A stretch of 64,000 nt of DNA from the NCBI GenBank assembly GCA_003598175.1, contig QZKN01000097.1, positions 23,861-87,860 on the forward strand, written 5' to 3'. Source of the stretch: Candidatus Omnitrophota bacterium (GTDB lineage Bacteria; Hinthialibacterota; Hinthialibacteria; Hinthialibacterales; Hinthialibacteraceae). The notes under the pieces are model-generated. The model saw nothing but the letters and a program-made list of their open reading frames with translations, had not been told where the DNA came from and did no database searches. Positions 47,486-57,940 of this stretch are shown here, piece after piece; the stretch's first letter is position 1; each line of letters starts with the position of its first letter. Position numbers and translations under genes: made by a program.

Positions 47486-49198
47486 TTACTTGGCTGTTTC
47501 GCCGTTGAACACATCGACAGAGCCTGTTTTTGTTACCCGCATCACCTCATCCGGCGTTGTGATGCCTTCACTGACCAGACGCCATCCGTCTTCATTCAAC
47601 GAGCGCATCCCGTTGCGAAAAGCGGCTTCGCGAATTTGGCCGGACGAACAATCCTTTAAAATCATTTCGCGAATCTCGTGATTCATGGCCATCATTTCGA
47701 ACACGGCCCGGCGGCCATGAAAACCGGTGTGACGGCATTCGCGGCAGCCGACCGCGCGGTATATGGGTTGATCGGGAGACAAGCCGATCTTTTCGATCAA
47801 GGTTTGTGTCTGCGGCGAATCGTCGATCCGTTTGCATACGGGACAAAGCACACGAACCAATCGTTGCGCGAGAACCGATTCGAGAGAAGACGCAACCAAA
47901 TACGGCTCCACCCCCATATCGATCAAACGGGTCAACGCGCCCGGCGCATCGTTGGTGTGCAAAGTGGAAAAGACCAAATGGCCGGTCAACGACGCCTGAA
48001 CGGCAATTTGGGCGGTTTCTGCATCCCGGATTTCTCCGATCAGAATCACGTCCGGGTCGTGGCGAAGAATGGAGCGCAATCCGCGGGCAAAGGTCAGGCC
48101 GGATTTTTCCGAAACCTGAATTTGGTTGACTCCTTTTAATTGGTATTCGATCGGGTCTTCAATCGTGATGATTTTTCGCACGGAATCGTTGATTTCACTT
48201 AATGCGGTATAAAGAGTGGTTGTTTTTCCGCTGCCGGTCGGACCGGTGACCAATACGATTCCGTGAGGCATATCCAACACATTGCGGAACAGATGCAATT
48301 CCCGCTCGCTCATGCGCAGTTCCGTCAGACTTACTAACGTCGAATCCTGCCGTAGAAGCCTCATGACGACAGCTTCGCCGTGCAGCATGGGAATGACGGA
48401 GACGCGCACGTCCACCTCGCCGTTGCCCACGCGGAGTTTAATCCGTCCGTCTTGCGGCAGGCGTTTTTCCGCGATGTTGAGATGGCTGAGGATTTTGACG
48501 CGGGAAACGATAGCCGGTTGAAATTTCTTGATCTGCGAAGGAACCGGCACATCCTGCAAGACGCCGTCGATGCGATAACGGATCCGCAATTCATCTTCAA
48601 ACGGTTCCAAATGAATATCCGTCGCCCGCAATTCGATGGCGTCGCTCAACACTTGATTCACGAAGCGGATGATCGAGGCGTCTTCCGCCGCATGATCCAA
48701 ATCGGTATCTTCTTCCGCGTTTTCGTCCACCACTTGAAACGACGAATCCTCATCGAGGGAATTGATCGTATCCGCCCCGACGCCCAACCGCTTTTTCAAT
48801 TCGCGCAGGATGGCTTCCCGCGGCGCCAGAACCGGATTGATTTTCAACCCGGTCAGGATTTGCAGGGTATCCATTCCATGCGTTGCGAACAGGCGGCTGG
48901 TTGCGACTTCGATCGATCCGTTCACACGTTGAAGCGGTAGAATTTCCTCTTTCAACAGAATGCGCGCGGGAAATTGAGAAAGAAGCTGGCGATCGAGTTC
49001 GATTTCATCTAAATTCGAAATGGGGAGGGAGTATTCGACCGCCAGCCATTGCAAAACCTCTTCTTCGGTTTGAATATGTAACGTTTCATCATGGGCGAGT
49101 TGCCGTTGTAACGCTTCCGCATCCATGAGCGATAATTGCTTCGCTTCGATCATTTTTGTGAGTAACTCGTTCATGAGATCTACTCCCGTTTCATCCAT
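47486..49198 (-). CDS. gspE: T2SS ATPase GspE
   Basis: Walker A GPTGSGKTTT, a tetracysteine motif, and N1/N2 domains. Confidence 0.9.
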   Translation of the reverse strand: MDETGVDLMNELLTKMIEAKQLSLMDAEALQRQLAHDETLHIQTEEEVLQWLAVEYSLPISNLDEIELDRQLLSQFPARILLKEEILPLQRVNGSIEVATSRLFATHGMDTLQILTGLKINPVLAPREAILRELKKRLGVGADTINSLDEDSSFQVVDENAEEDTDLDHAAEDASIIRFVNQVLSDAIELRATDIHLEPFEDELRIRYRIDGVLQDVPVPSQIKKFQPAIVSRVKILSHLNIAEKRLPQDGRIKLRVGNGEVDVRVSVIPMLHGEAVVMRLLRQDSTLVSLTELRMSERELHLFRNVLDMPHGIVLVTGPTGSGKTTTLYTALSEINDSVRKIITIEDPIEYQLKGVNQIQVSEKSGLTFARGLRSILRHDPDVILIGEIRDAETAQIAVQASLTGHLVFSTLHTNDAPGALTRLIDMGVEPYLVASSLESVLAQRLVRVLCPVCKRIDDSPQTQTLIEKIGLSPDQPIYRAVGCRECRHTGFHGRRAVFEMMAMNHEIREMILKDCSSGQIREAAFRNGMRSLNEDGWRLVSEGITTPDEVMRVTKTGSVDVFNGETAK

Positions 49199-49340
49199 CG
49201 GTATTGATCATTCCATTTGAGAGAAGTCGGAAGTCAGCCGAAACAAAAATCTCATCTGACTTCCGACTCCCCCCCGCAAAGCAGGGGGAGAGTCTTGTGG
49301 GAGGGTATGTATGCACAGACGAGAATCGTTGGAACGAACC

Positions 49341-49937
49341 TTATTCCAACATTCCCATCAAGACCAATTGCGCTTCCTGCCGGATGGTCAATACGTTACG
49401 CAATTCATCCTGCGCTTTTTTCAGCTCCGCTTCTTTTTTCTTGCGGGAATCACGGACGGCGGATAATTTCGACTTAATCTCGTCGGCCGATGTGCTTTGA
49501 GAGTCCAGCGCTGACTGCAAGGCATCGATCAACGGATCGGATTCGGGAGCAAAACCGCCTCGTGCGCCGCGACGCTCCGCGTTATCCTGCCTGTCCGCTC
49601 GGCCCTGGGCGCCGGCTCGGCCTTGCGCGCCCGGACGATCCTGTCCACCCGGTCCGCCGAATCCGCCTCGACCGAACATTCCCATGCCACGCCCGGAACG
49701 AGCGTCTCGCTGCTTCTCCATCACGTTCTCGATCAGGGGCTGAATCACTTTCCATTCCTCATCCGTCGCGCCCAATGATTCCTGATAACGCGACATCATC
49801 ATTGCGCGCATCTGTTCGGGATCAAAATTTCCTCGGCCGGCCCGGCCGCCTTGATCCTGCGCAATGGCAATCATGCTCCCCAAAACGACAGTGAGTGCGA
49901 GACCTGCCAAAACCGCTGACTTGAGACTCCTTCTCAT
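49341..49937 (-). CDS. Periplasmic Gly/Arg/Gln-rich protein (Spy/CpxP-like?)
   Basis: GGAGGT RBS. MRRSLKSAVLAGLALTVVLGSMIAIAQD is a signal peptide. The body is low-complexity and helical. Confidence 0.45.
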   Translation of the reverse strand: MRRSLKSAVLAGLALTVVLGSMIAIAQDQGGRAGRGNFDPEQMRAMMMSRYQESLGATDEEWKVIQPLIENVMEKQRDARSGRGMGMFGRGGFGGPGGQDRPGAQGRAGAQGRADRQDNAERRGARGGFAPESDPLIDALQSALDSQSTSADEIKSKLSAVRDSRKKKEAELKKAQDELRNVLTIRQEAQLVLMGMLE

Positions 49938-50108
49938 GTTCTTTACCTCCGAAATTCGCTGAATTTTCGAGAATCGGCTGATTCTCACTTTCTTCTGCCT
50001 GCTGTAGAGCACGGTTTATGCCAACTTGATCGCGGGTCCAAATCCTTGATTTTTTCGATTCCGCTCACAATCGCGCCATGAAAATGCGCAAATTTTTCTC
50101 AACCAATC

Positions 50109-50354
50109 GTGTTGATCAGCGCAATATTTGCGCAAATAAATCCAGCTCGTTTCACGGTTGTCGTTGCGGACAAAGAAGGGTACATCGATTATCTCAACAA
50201 ACTCTTGCCGTGGGTTCGTCCCGGCGGGCTTGTCGTTGCTCACAACATTTCGCCGCGGCAAGCCGATCCGCGATATATGGAAGCGATTACCACAAATCCG
50301 GAGCTCGAAACCGTCGTGCGCTCGGGAATCGGAATCACCCTCAAAAAACAATAA
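50109..50354 (+). pseudogene. C-terminal fragment of a class I SAM-dependent O-methyltransferase
   Basis: FTVVVADKEGYIDYLNKLLPWVRPGGLVVAHNI...ETVVRSGIGITLKK matches the last roughly 80 aa of caffeoyl-CoA-OMT-like enzymes. The N-terminal roughly 140 aa are absent. Confidence 0.5.
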
Positions 50355-50503
50355 TATTCGATACTACACTTCCCGCGCCAAAGGAGAGCAAATCCGCAAA
50401 AACGGGTGAACTGCACGGCGTCCTGTTGCGCTTCGTGTTCATCCGATTTCTCTGTACAATCGCAAGAGGCAAAACGATTAACATAAATATAAAGGTGATT
50501 CGT

Positions 50504-51823
50504 ATGGCAGCGATGGACAATGCATCTCCCAAAAAAGAACTGACCCTGTTTGATTCGACGTGTCTTATTGTCGGGATTATTATCGGCGCGGGAATCTATC
50601 AAACCGCTCCCGATATTGCCAAAGGCGTTTCCCATGCCTGGGGGGTAATGGCGATCTGGATCGCCGGCGGCGTCCTCTCCCTCTGCGGCGCGCTCGGGTA
50701 TGCGGAACTGGCAAGCGCCTATCCCCGCGAAGGGGGCGATTACGTTTACTTAAGCCGCGCCTACGGCCGTTGGGCCGGATTTTTGTTCGGCTGGATTCAA
50801 CTCGTCATCGTTCGGCCGGGCGATATCGCCATCATGGCGTTTGCGTTTGCGACATACGCAAGAACGCTGTTCGATCCTTTTTCGTCCTCGGAAATATCCT
50901 ATACACAAATCCTATACGCTTCTTTGGCGGCAATCGTGTTCACGGGAATCAACATGATCGGCGTCAAGGAAGGGAAGTGGACGCAGAATCTTCTGACCAG
51001 CGCCAAGGCGTTGGGATTGCTGGCCATTGTCGGCGTGGCCATCCTGTCTCCCCGTGCGGTTCCATTGGAAAACGCATCTTTCGACTTTCCACTCAGCGTT
51101 TCCCTGATCCTGGTGCTGTTCACGTACGGCGGATGGAACGAGATGGCGTACGTCGCGGCGGAAGTGAAAAATCCGCAGAAGAACATCGTACGGGCGCTGG
51201 TTTTGGGAACGGTAAGCGTAACCGCGCTTTATTTATTGGCGAACGGCGCCTTTCTTTACACGCTGGGCTACAGCGGCATGGTCAATTCCGAGGCGGTGGC
51301 GACGGACACAGTCGCGACCGTTTTTCCCCACTGGGGAAGCAGAATCATCAGCGTGTTGATCTGCATATCCGCATTAGGCGCGGTCAATGGTCTGGTGTTT
51401 ACCGGAGCGCGCATCACCTATGCGGTTGGAAGCGAACACCGCGCGCTCAGTTTGTTGGGGAAATGGAACGAAAAAACCGGCACGCCATTGCGGGCGTTAT
51501 TCGTGCAAGGCCTGATCGCCGTTACGTTGATCATCCTGCTGGGCTCCTTCATGCGCACGATTCTGTATTACGCCGCCAGCGTCTATTTGTTTTACCTGGC
51601 AACCACGATATCCGTCATGGTGCTGCGCTGGAAAGAACCTCACATTCCACGCCCTTATAAAGTGACCGGATATCCATTTACGACGCTTTTGTTTGCCGGA
51701 ACCTGCATTTTTTTGATCTATAAAGCGTTGCTGTACGATGTTCAGGGAGCGATCACCTCGATGGGCATTGTATTGTTAGGTCTCCCGGTTTATTGGATTA
51801 CGAGTAAAACTCCGCTAAAATGA
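50504..51823 (+). CDS. APC-family amino-acid permease
   Basis: AAAGGTGA RBS before the ATG at 50504. 12 TM helices, and MAAMDNASPKKELTLFDSTCLIVGIIIGAGIY is a typical APC N-terminus. The longer start in the track was rejected. Confidence 0.85.
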   Translation: MAAMDNASPKKELTLFDSTCLIVGIIIGAGIYQTAPDIAKGVSHAWGVMAIWIAGGVLSLCGALGYAELASAYPREGGDYVYLSRAYGRWAGFLFGWIQLVIVRPGDIAIMAFAFATYARTLFDPFSSSEISYTQILYASLAAIVFTGINMIGVKEGKWTQNLLTSAKALGLLAIVGVAILSPRAVPLENASFDFPLSVSLILVLFTYGGWNEMAYVAAEVKNPQKNIVRALVLGTVSVTALYLLANGAFLYTLGYSGMVNSEAVATDTVATVFPHWGSRIISVLICISALGAVNGLVFTGARITYAVGSEHRALSLLGKWNEKTGTPLRALFVQGLIAVTLIILLGSFMRTILYYAASVYLFYLATTISVMVLRWKEPHIPRPYKVTGYPFTTLLFAGTCIFLIYKALLYDVQGAITSMGIVLLGLPVYWITSKTPLK

Positions 51824-51938
51824 CATAGTTATTGACAGAATGAGATTTTGATGTTCAACGCATCAAGAAAATGAGTAAAAGTACAAAACGATGGATTGAA
51901 ACGATATTACCCATCAATTCCGAGGTTACTCCAGGATT

Positions 51939-52247
51939 GTGGTGAATTCGAAAGACGCAATTTTCCAACGTATTTTACAGGCGCGTGAGCAACTCGCATT
52001 GTTGGGTGTTGAGAATATTGGATTGTTCGGTTCATTTGCTCGCGGCGAGCAAACACCCTTGAGTGACATCGATTTGCTCATTGAGTTTATTCCTGAAAAG
52101 CACACATTCGACAATTTCATGGACGTTTCATTTTTTCTGGAAGAACTCCTACAGCGAAAAGTGGAAGTGGTTACTCCCGAGGCTCTCAGTCCCCACATCG
52201 GACCTTATATTCTTGGAGAGGTGGAACGTGTTCGTATCGCCGCGTGA
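51939..52247 (+). CDS. Nucleotidyltransferase-domain protein (MNT antitoxin-like)
   Basis: GLFGSFARGEQTPLSDIDLLIEF is the MNT GS...DxD motif. Confidence 0.75.
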   Translation: MVNSKDAIFQRILQAREQLALLGVENIGLFGSFARGEQTPLSDIDLLIEFIPEKHTFDNFMDVSFFLEELLQRKVEVVTPEALSPHIGPYILGEVERVRIAA

Positions 52248-52412
52248 GTATATCTGTCATATGCTGGACGAGATCGACTACTGTATCAGCAGGCCAGCAT
52301 TTTAAAAAATAACCGGATTGTCATGAAATCTAAAATTGAGAGTGTATGTCGTCAACAAGGCTTTGAGCCGCCTATAATCTGTACACCTCAAGATCTAATG
52401 GAGGGCTGACTG

Positions 52413-52592
52413 ATGTGGAAAGATCCGATTGTGGAAGAGACAAGAAAAATTCGCGAGCAGTATGCGAGTCGCTTCAATCACGACATGGATGCCATTTATG
52501 AGGATATTCAACGGCGTCAAGCGCAATCGAAAAAAAAATTGGTGTCACTTCCGGCTCGCAAACCGCCCTTACAATCAATTTCGTTGTGGTAG
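52413..52592 (+). CDS. Small conserved hypothetical protein (59 aa)
   Basis: Strong GGAGGG RBS. MWKDPIVEETRKIREQYASRFNHDMDAIYEDIQRRQAQSKKKLVSLPARKPP. Under 60 aa, so not in the ORF track. Confidence 0.45.
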   Translation: MWKDPIVEETRKIREQYASRFNHDMDAIYEDIQRRQAQSKKKLVSLPARKPPLQSISLW

Positions 52593-53882
52593 GCTTTCCG
52601 TGATCGGGATTTCCTGATTCAACAATCGTCTTCCCATCCCCACCAACCACAGATAATAATCGCTGGGCAAACCATGATAGGTAAGGAAAGGGCTTTCGCC
52701 GACCGGCGGATTGTTCGTGCATTTGAAAATCGCCGTTCCTTCATCCATTTCGTCAAACATGGCTTGATAAATCATGGCCGCGCCGGCTTTTTTGGCTTCA
52801 ACATATTGTTTCCATAAAAACTTACCTTCCTGTCGGGGAATCTGATCCAGCGGCGACTCCGGTTTCATGTTATGCCAACTGAATCCGGGAAATACCACAG
52901 GCAAGTACTCTTTTTCGTGGATCAGGAGCCAATCCAAATCCGGTTTCAACGTTTCTTGCGCATACCGCTCGATTTCCCGAAGATTTCCATATCGCCCGAC
53001 GGTCCAGGGGCTGATAATGTCAGCGCTCAGAATGATCTCATGCAAAAACGGATCCGATAACGCATCCCGGGTCAGTGTCCGCCAGTACGTTGGAACCCCC
53101 ACCATGACCGCGCATCCGCCATATTGCGAATCCGAGGTCAGAAAATCGACGAACTTCTTGCAATCCTGCAAGGAATATCTTCGATTGTCATTGAATCCGA
53201 TTCCCCATACCGCCACAACCGGCTTTCCATGGTGATGGAGATAGGATGAGTCATTGGCGTCTTTGGCGATCTTCTTTTCTTCGACCAATCGTTTCCAATC
53301 GTCGATCACCGCATCGATCTGTCCGCCGCGCATTCCGGATAAATCGTACATGACCGCATACAACCGGCCGTATTGTTTGGCGCCCGCGCGGCAATGGTCT
53401 AAGACGGTGTTGCAGTGATTGAGTCCCGCGGGACGAAACGTTTCGACGGCGAATCGCTGAACAAACACGCCGTCGATGCCGTAATCCCTCATCCATTGGA
53501 AATGACGCGATACGGTTTTTTGATTCATCGAACTGAACACAAAAGCGGTTTGGCCGTCCGCATGCCGGAACGCGGTCGCATATTTTTCATCCGGCGCCAA
53601 TTCACTCACATCGGGCCATAAATCAATCGTACACGATCCGGGTCCGAACGTTCCTCCTTTTCCGTAATGAAACCATCCTCTTCCGGCGCCATCGCCTTCG
53701 CAGGTAAACCACCCTTGATATCCGCACATCACTTTTCCGGTTAACGTGGAATTGTCAACGGGGACGAGGGAAAGAAAGGACGCGGTGAGGGGTGCATTTG
53801 CGGCGTCAAGCGATTCGTCGCAGATTCCGGCGGGAGGGAATAGTACAATCAACAGGATTCCGGGAATTTGTCTCCATCTCAT
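52575..53882 (-). CDS. Secreted glycoside-hydrolase-like TIM-barrel protein, family uncertain
   Basis: Signal peptide then KVMCGYQGWF...GWFHYG...VWGIGFND. This resembles carbohydrate-active enzymes, but I cannot assign the family from sequence alone. Confidence 0.55.
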   Translation of the reverse strand: MRWRQIPGILLIVLFPPAGICDESLDAANAPLTASFLSLVPVDNSTLTGKVMCGYQGWFTCEGDGAGRGWFHYGKGGTFGPGSCTIDLWPDVSELAPDEKYATAFRHADGQTAFVFSSMNQKTVSRHFQWMRDYGIDGVFVQRFAVETFRPAGLNHCNTVLDHCRAGAKQYGRLYAVMYDLSGMRGGQIDAVIDDWKRLVEEKKIAKDANDSSYLHHHGKPVVAVWGIGFNDNRRYSLQDCKKFVDFLTSDSQYGGCAVMVGVPTYWRTLTRDALSDPFLHEIILSADIISPWTVGRYGNLREIERYAQETLKPDLDWLLIHEKEYLPVVFPGFSWHNMKPESPLDQIPRQEGKFLWKQYVEAKKAGAAMIYQAMFDEMDEGTAIFKCTNNPPVGESPFLTYHGLPSDYYLWLVGMGRRLLNQEIPITESLPQRN

Positions 53883-54171
53883 GATGTACCGATCTCCTTC
53901 TTCTTGCGAATAGATTGATTCCAAATGAACAATGGAATCATAAGTGAACGTCGAAAAAAAATCAAAAATGAATCATCGATCGGATATCCCTAAAATACTC
54001 TCTTTTCTGTCGCGTAACAAGAAAATGATGATCCCGCCATGAAAAATCTTCACGGAAAAAAAGTGCGCAAAATCGCTTTTTTCTTGTAGATCACTTGAAA
54101 AGAGTCTACAATAGATAACTGAAGCAATATATTTTATCTAAGCGTAGATATCTAAAGAATCGGAGGTTATC

Positions 54172-55530
54172 ATGATGAGAAAAAAACAGAATCTTGTATG
54201 GGCTGTGCTTTTGTTCATCAGCGTATCCCTCAAGACAACGTACGGCGACACGCTGGATCCCGTGATGGATCGGCATCTGGTAAAACAGGCGGAGTTGATT
54301 TTCGAAGGACAGGTTTTGGAAATCAACTTTAAATCTTCGACGCCGCGCGAAGAAGAAGAGGTTGCCATTCCACACTCGTTCGTCACGTTTCAAATCAACA
54401 ACATCCTCAAGGGAAAAGCCGAATCGGATAAAATTATCCTGCGATTTCAAGGCGGCCGCGTAGGATTGGATACGCCGCGCACTCTTCGGGTGTCGGGTAT
54501 TCCTCTTTTCGACATCGGTGATTATGGCATCTTTTTCGTTCGCAGCAATGAAGTGCACATTTGCCCGCTCGTGGGGTGGCGGCAGGGATTCATTCGGATT
54601 CTCGATAATGCCGTCTACAGCGATTACGGCCATGAATTACGTCTATTCGAGGAGCCGCTCTTTGCTGCGGCCATTCATCCTCACGACATTCTCGATTATG
54701 AAGCCTTTAGCAAACAACTTCTCGAACCAACCCGCGAGATCGATCAGATTATCAACCGAAATCTTGCCGACGAAACCAAACTCCTCATGCGCAATCCCGA
54801 CGCGGTCAAGGAAATCGATCCGCAATTGCTGGGCATACGTTCCGTCCTGTTACGCGAAGAGCGCGCCGGCTTGTTTCAACAGCTCATGCCTCCCGATGCG
54901 CTCCAGATCTGCCAGGATTTTCGTCAATTCCTGCTGATTCGCGATTTCAACGTGATGCTTACACAGCGTAACCTTTTTTCACTCGACAGTATAATGAATC
55001 AGGCGGAATTATCTCCGCAAACCATTGAACTTCTACAGAATGATCAGCAAAAACTCAACATCGAACAAATCGCGTTGCTGAATCGGCGCGTCCTCGAAGA
55101 CCTCTACCCAAGTTTTCTGCTGAAAAGTTTGGATCAAACCATCGGCTATGGCCCTTACAACGAGATCGCGGAATTTCGGACGCAACATATCTCGCAAACC
55201 TACCGCCATCTCGTTTCGAGCGAAGATCAGAAGAATGAAGGGCCGGCAACCGAACCCGATCCGTTGCCGACAGGAAGTGTACTGGATCTCAAGTCCTGCA
55301 TTTCTCAGTTGAATGATTTGATTCTTTATGTCCACACACGGGAAGAATTGGAGCGGTTGTCTCCGGTGCAAAGCGCGGATATCGAAAAAGAATTTTACAG
55401 CACGATTCCGCCCCCCATGCAGGTATCCTTCGATTTATCGATGCCGCAGTCCACGCAGGCAACCGAAGAGGAAATGCTGGAACTACGATTGTTGGAAGAA
55501 TCCGGCGGGAATCCGGTTTTGAAACGCTGA
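54172..55530 (+). CDS. Hypothetical secreted protein
   Basis: Signal peptide MMRKKQNLVWAVLLFISVSLKTTYG. 452 aa, no recognisable domain. Confidence 0.6.
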   Translation: MMRKKQNLVWAVLLFISVSLKTTYGDTLDPVMDRHLVKQAELIFEGQVLEINFKSSTPREEEEVAIPHSFVTFQINNILKGKAESDKIILRFQGGRVGLDTPRTLRVSGIPLFDIGDYGIFFVRSNEVHICPLVGWRQGFIRILDNAVYSDYGHELRLFEEPLFAAAIHPHDILDYEAFSKQLLEPTREIDQIINRNLADETKLLMRNPDAVKEIDPQLLGIRSVLLREERAGLFQQLMPPDALQICQDFRQFLLIRDFNVMLTQRNLFSLDSIMNQAELSPQTIELLQNDQQKLNIEQIALLNRRVLEDLYPSFLLKSLDQTIGYGPYNEIAEFRTQHISQTYRHLVSSEDQKNEGPATEPDPLPTGSVLDLKSCISQLNDLILYVHTREELERLSPVQSADIEKEFYSTIPPPMQVSFDLSMPQSTQATEEEMLELRLLEESGGNPVLKR

Positions 55531-55602
55531 TCATATATGATCGATAGGTTGAACAACGGAACCTATCCAATCGATTTCTCATGAAAAGAAAGGAAAACAA
55601 TC

Positions 55603-57810
55603 ATGAAACAAAACATGGTTTTAAAACTCATGATGGTCTTTTTGTTATTGACGGCATGGATAGTTCCCCCCTCTCATGCCTTTACCTATTGGGAATGTCT
55701 GAATCAAAAATTAAAATGGGATTCGAATACCGTCCGCATGCGCGCCAGCAGCGTGTCCTTTCCCATCGGCCAAACGCAAACCAACGCATTGGCTTCCGTG
55801 ATCGCCAACCTGAATTTGAATCCGAGCAAATTCGACTTTAATTTAACGTATAACGATGACCATCTTCGCCGCGGCAATGGAGAAAATGAAACGTGGTTTT
55901 CGAGCGATCCCAGCGCGTTGAACGGCGCGCCGGCCATCACGTGGTATTGGTACGATTGCGTGGATTATTGGATTTTCGGAACCGACGTCGAAATGAATGA
56001 AGCGGATGTCGTGTTCGACGTCAACCGCACCTGGACCTTCGGTACGAATAAATACGCCATGTGGAATTACGGCGGCGGCGCGCGGCCCTTCCGCACCACC
56101 GCCATACACGAATTGGGCCACGCCCTCGCCCTGGCCCATACCGCCACCAGCTACAATATCATGGGGGAGGATTGGACCCATATTCACGCGAACGGCGACT
56201 CCGGCAACGCCTATTTCGGTGAAGACGCGTCCAACGGCGCGGTGTTTCTGTATGGCGCCGATTCCACCGCGCGGGAAGATCTGAGCGTCACCCATTGGCG
56301 CTGGACCGGCCACAGCGGCGAATACAGCACGCACAGCCGCACCCGCATTTTCAACAACACCGGATCGGAACTCGCGAAAGTCGCCGGAGAGACGGAACCA
56401 CGGTATTACGTCGACAACGGCCAGACGATCCAGGTCGAATTTACCTACGAAAATAATGGAACGAACTCGCATACCGTCAACATCCAGTTTTATCTATCCA
56501 CAAACGATTATATTTCAACGATGGATCGCCTGCTGCAAACACAAGGCGTGACTCTCGGACGGAATGACGTGTGGACCACCACCCATACGGTTACCTTACC
56601 CAACGATCTTACGCCGAATCAAGATTACTACATCGGCGTGATTGTCGATTCCAGCGACTCTGTCAGCGAAGTCTTCGAATACAACAATGCCACCTACATT
56701 GGTCTTCGCACACGAAATTGGCCTACGCCGACCCCAACCCGAACGGCGACGCCGACGCCGACCAATACACCCTTTATCTTTATTCCCATGACGCCGTTCC
56801 CATACTTTACATTCGTGCCGATTCTTACACCTACGCCGACGCTCGGGATCATCTTTCCGATCGAAACTCTGATTCCGTTTATCACTCCTATTTTCCCGGT
56901 CAGTACGCCAACCCTCAGTGTTCCTCTCACGCCCACGCCCACACCCACACCGCGGCAGACACTGCTGCCTGCCTCTCCGACGCCGACGTCGCGCATCCCG
57001 TCGTTGAGTCGCCGTCTCTTTATTTACGACAATCCCGACGATCAAAGCGGGGATTTAACCGGCCAAACCGATTTCGACAGCGTCGACAATCGGAATTTGA
57101 CGATTGCGTGGGACGCGGAACCGGGAGATGCGACGGATTGGCATATTTACGTGCAGTCAGGTTTCGGCGGCATGCTCTTTCTGGGACGAACCGGCAGTGG
57201 CAATGTGACGCGATTTGATTGGAACAAAAATACCAAAACGGTCGCTCCTGATTTCTCCAACGGACCGGACTTCAATTCCGTCTATAAATTCCGCGTGATT
57301 CGCATCGACGGAAGTCGCGGCGCCAATGATGTCCTCGAGATGCAGACGCCGGTTGGTTTCAATGTGGAAGGCGGAAAACCCGTTCCACTCATCCGCCCCG
57401 CCATGCCCGATTTGTATCCGCGGCAAGTTCTGGTATGCGACGATATTTTCGGCGTCAAAAACATCGCGCCGCCCGTTCGATTGGGCGAAGGCTACGATGT
57501 GGACGACCCGAGTTGGAATGCATTGCAGATCGTCTGGAATTTCGATGTGGATCCTCGCACGGTATTGGATTATCACGTTTTTGTCAGCGTCGACGGAGGA
57601 AATTTTGTTTTTCTGGGGCAAACCCAGAGCGGATTCATCAATTATTTCTGGTGGACCCCCCTGCAACTCTTCAAAACCGATCGCGCCTTTACCGCCGGCC
57701 CGCAAGACGGACACACCTACCAATTCTTAGTGATCCTGTTGCCGCTGAGCGGCAATCGCATGACCTTGAAAACAGGATATGTCGCATATTCCATCGCAGC
57801 GGAAGAATAA
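55603..57810 (+). CDS. Secreted zinc metalloprotease (metzincin-like), with a Pro/Thr linker and C-terminal beta-sandwich domains
   Basis: Signal peptide. HELGHALALAH (56107-56139) follows the HExxHxxxxxH pattern with Ala in place of the usual Gly. The linker is PTPTPTRTATPTPTNTPF.... Confidence 0.65.
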   Translation: MKQNMVLKLMMVFLLLTAWIVPPSHAFTYWECLNQKLKWDSNTVRMRASSVSFPIGQTQTNALASVIANLNLNPSKFDFNLTYNDDHLRRGNGENETWFSSDPSALNGAPAITWYWYDCVDYWIFGTDVEMNEADVVFDVNRTWTFGTNKYAMWNYGGGARPFRTTAIHELGHALALAHTATSYNIMGEDWTHIHANGDSGNAYFGEDASNGAVFLYGADSTAREDLSVTHWRWTGHSGEYSTHSRTRIFNNTGSELAKVAGETEPRYYVDNGQTIQVEFTYENNGTNSHTVNIQFYLSTNDYISTMDRLLQTQGVTLGRNDVWTTTHTVTLPNDLTPNQDYYIGVIVDSSDSVSEVFEYNNATYIGLRTRNWPTPTPTRTATPTPTNTPFIFIPMTPFPYFTFVPILTPTPTLGIIFPIETLIPFITPIFPVSTPTLSVPLTPTPTPTPRQTLLPASPTPTSRIPSLSRRLFIYDNPDDQSGDLTGQTDFDSVDNRNLTIAWDAEPGDATDWHIYVQSGFGGMLFLGRTGSGNVTRFDWNKNTKTVAPDFSNGPDFNSVYKFRVIRIDGSRGANDVLEMQTPVGFNVEGGKPVPLIRPAMPDLYPRQVLVCDDIFGVKNIAPPVRLGEGYDVDDPSWNALQIVWNFDVDPRTVLDYHVFVSVDGGNFVFLGQTQSGFINYFWWTPLQLFKTDRAFTAGPQDGHTYQFLVILLPLSGNRMTLKTGYVAYSIAAEE

Positions 57811-57940
57811 TTCCGATGATGGAAATCGCATGAGATTAACCAAAGCCGGCCGGAATACGATTCGTCGTGAATCGGTTCCGGCCGGCTGGTTTGACATCGG
57901 ATTCATGGGTCCGATACGACCGGGAATCCGGACCGCATTC

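Noticed and set aside
49204-49300. Two hairpins between the gspE start and the upstream gene, as a possible sRNA
   Set aside because: The 13 bp stem with a 21 nt loop and the G7/C5 hairpin lack a T-run. Their location suits a terminator or 5'UTR structure, and there is no independent support for an RNA gene.
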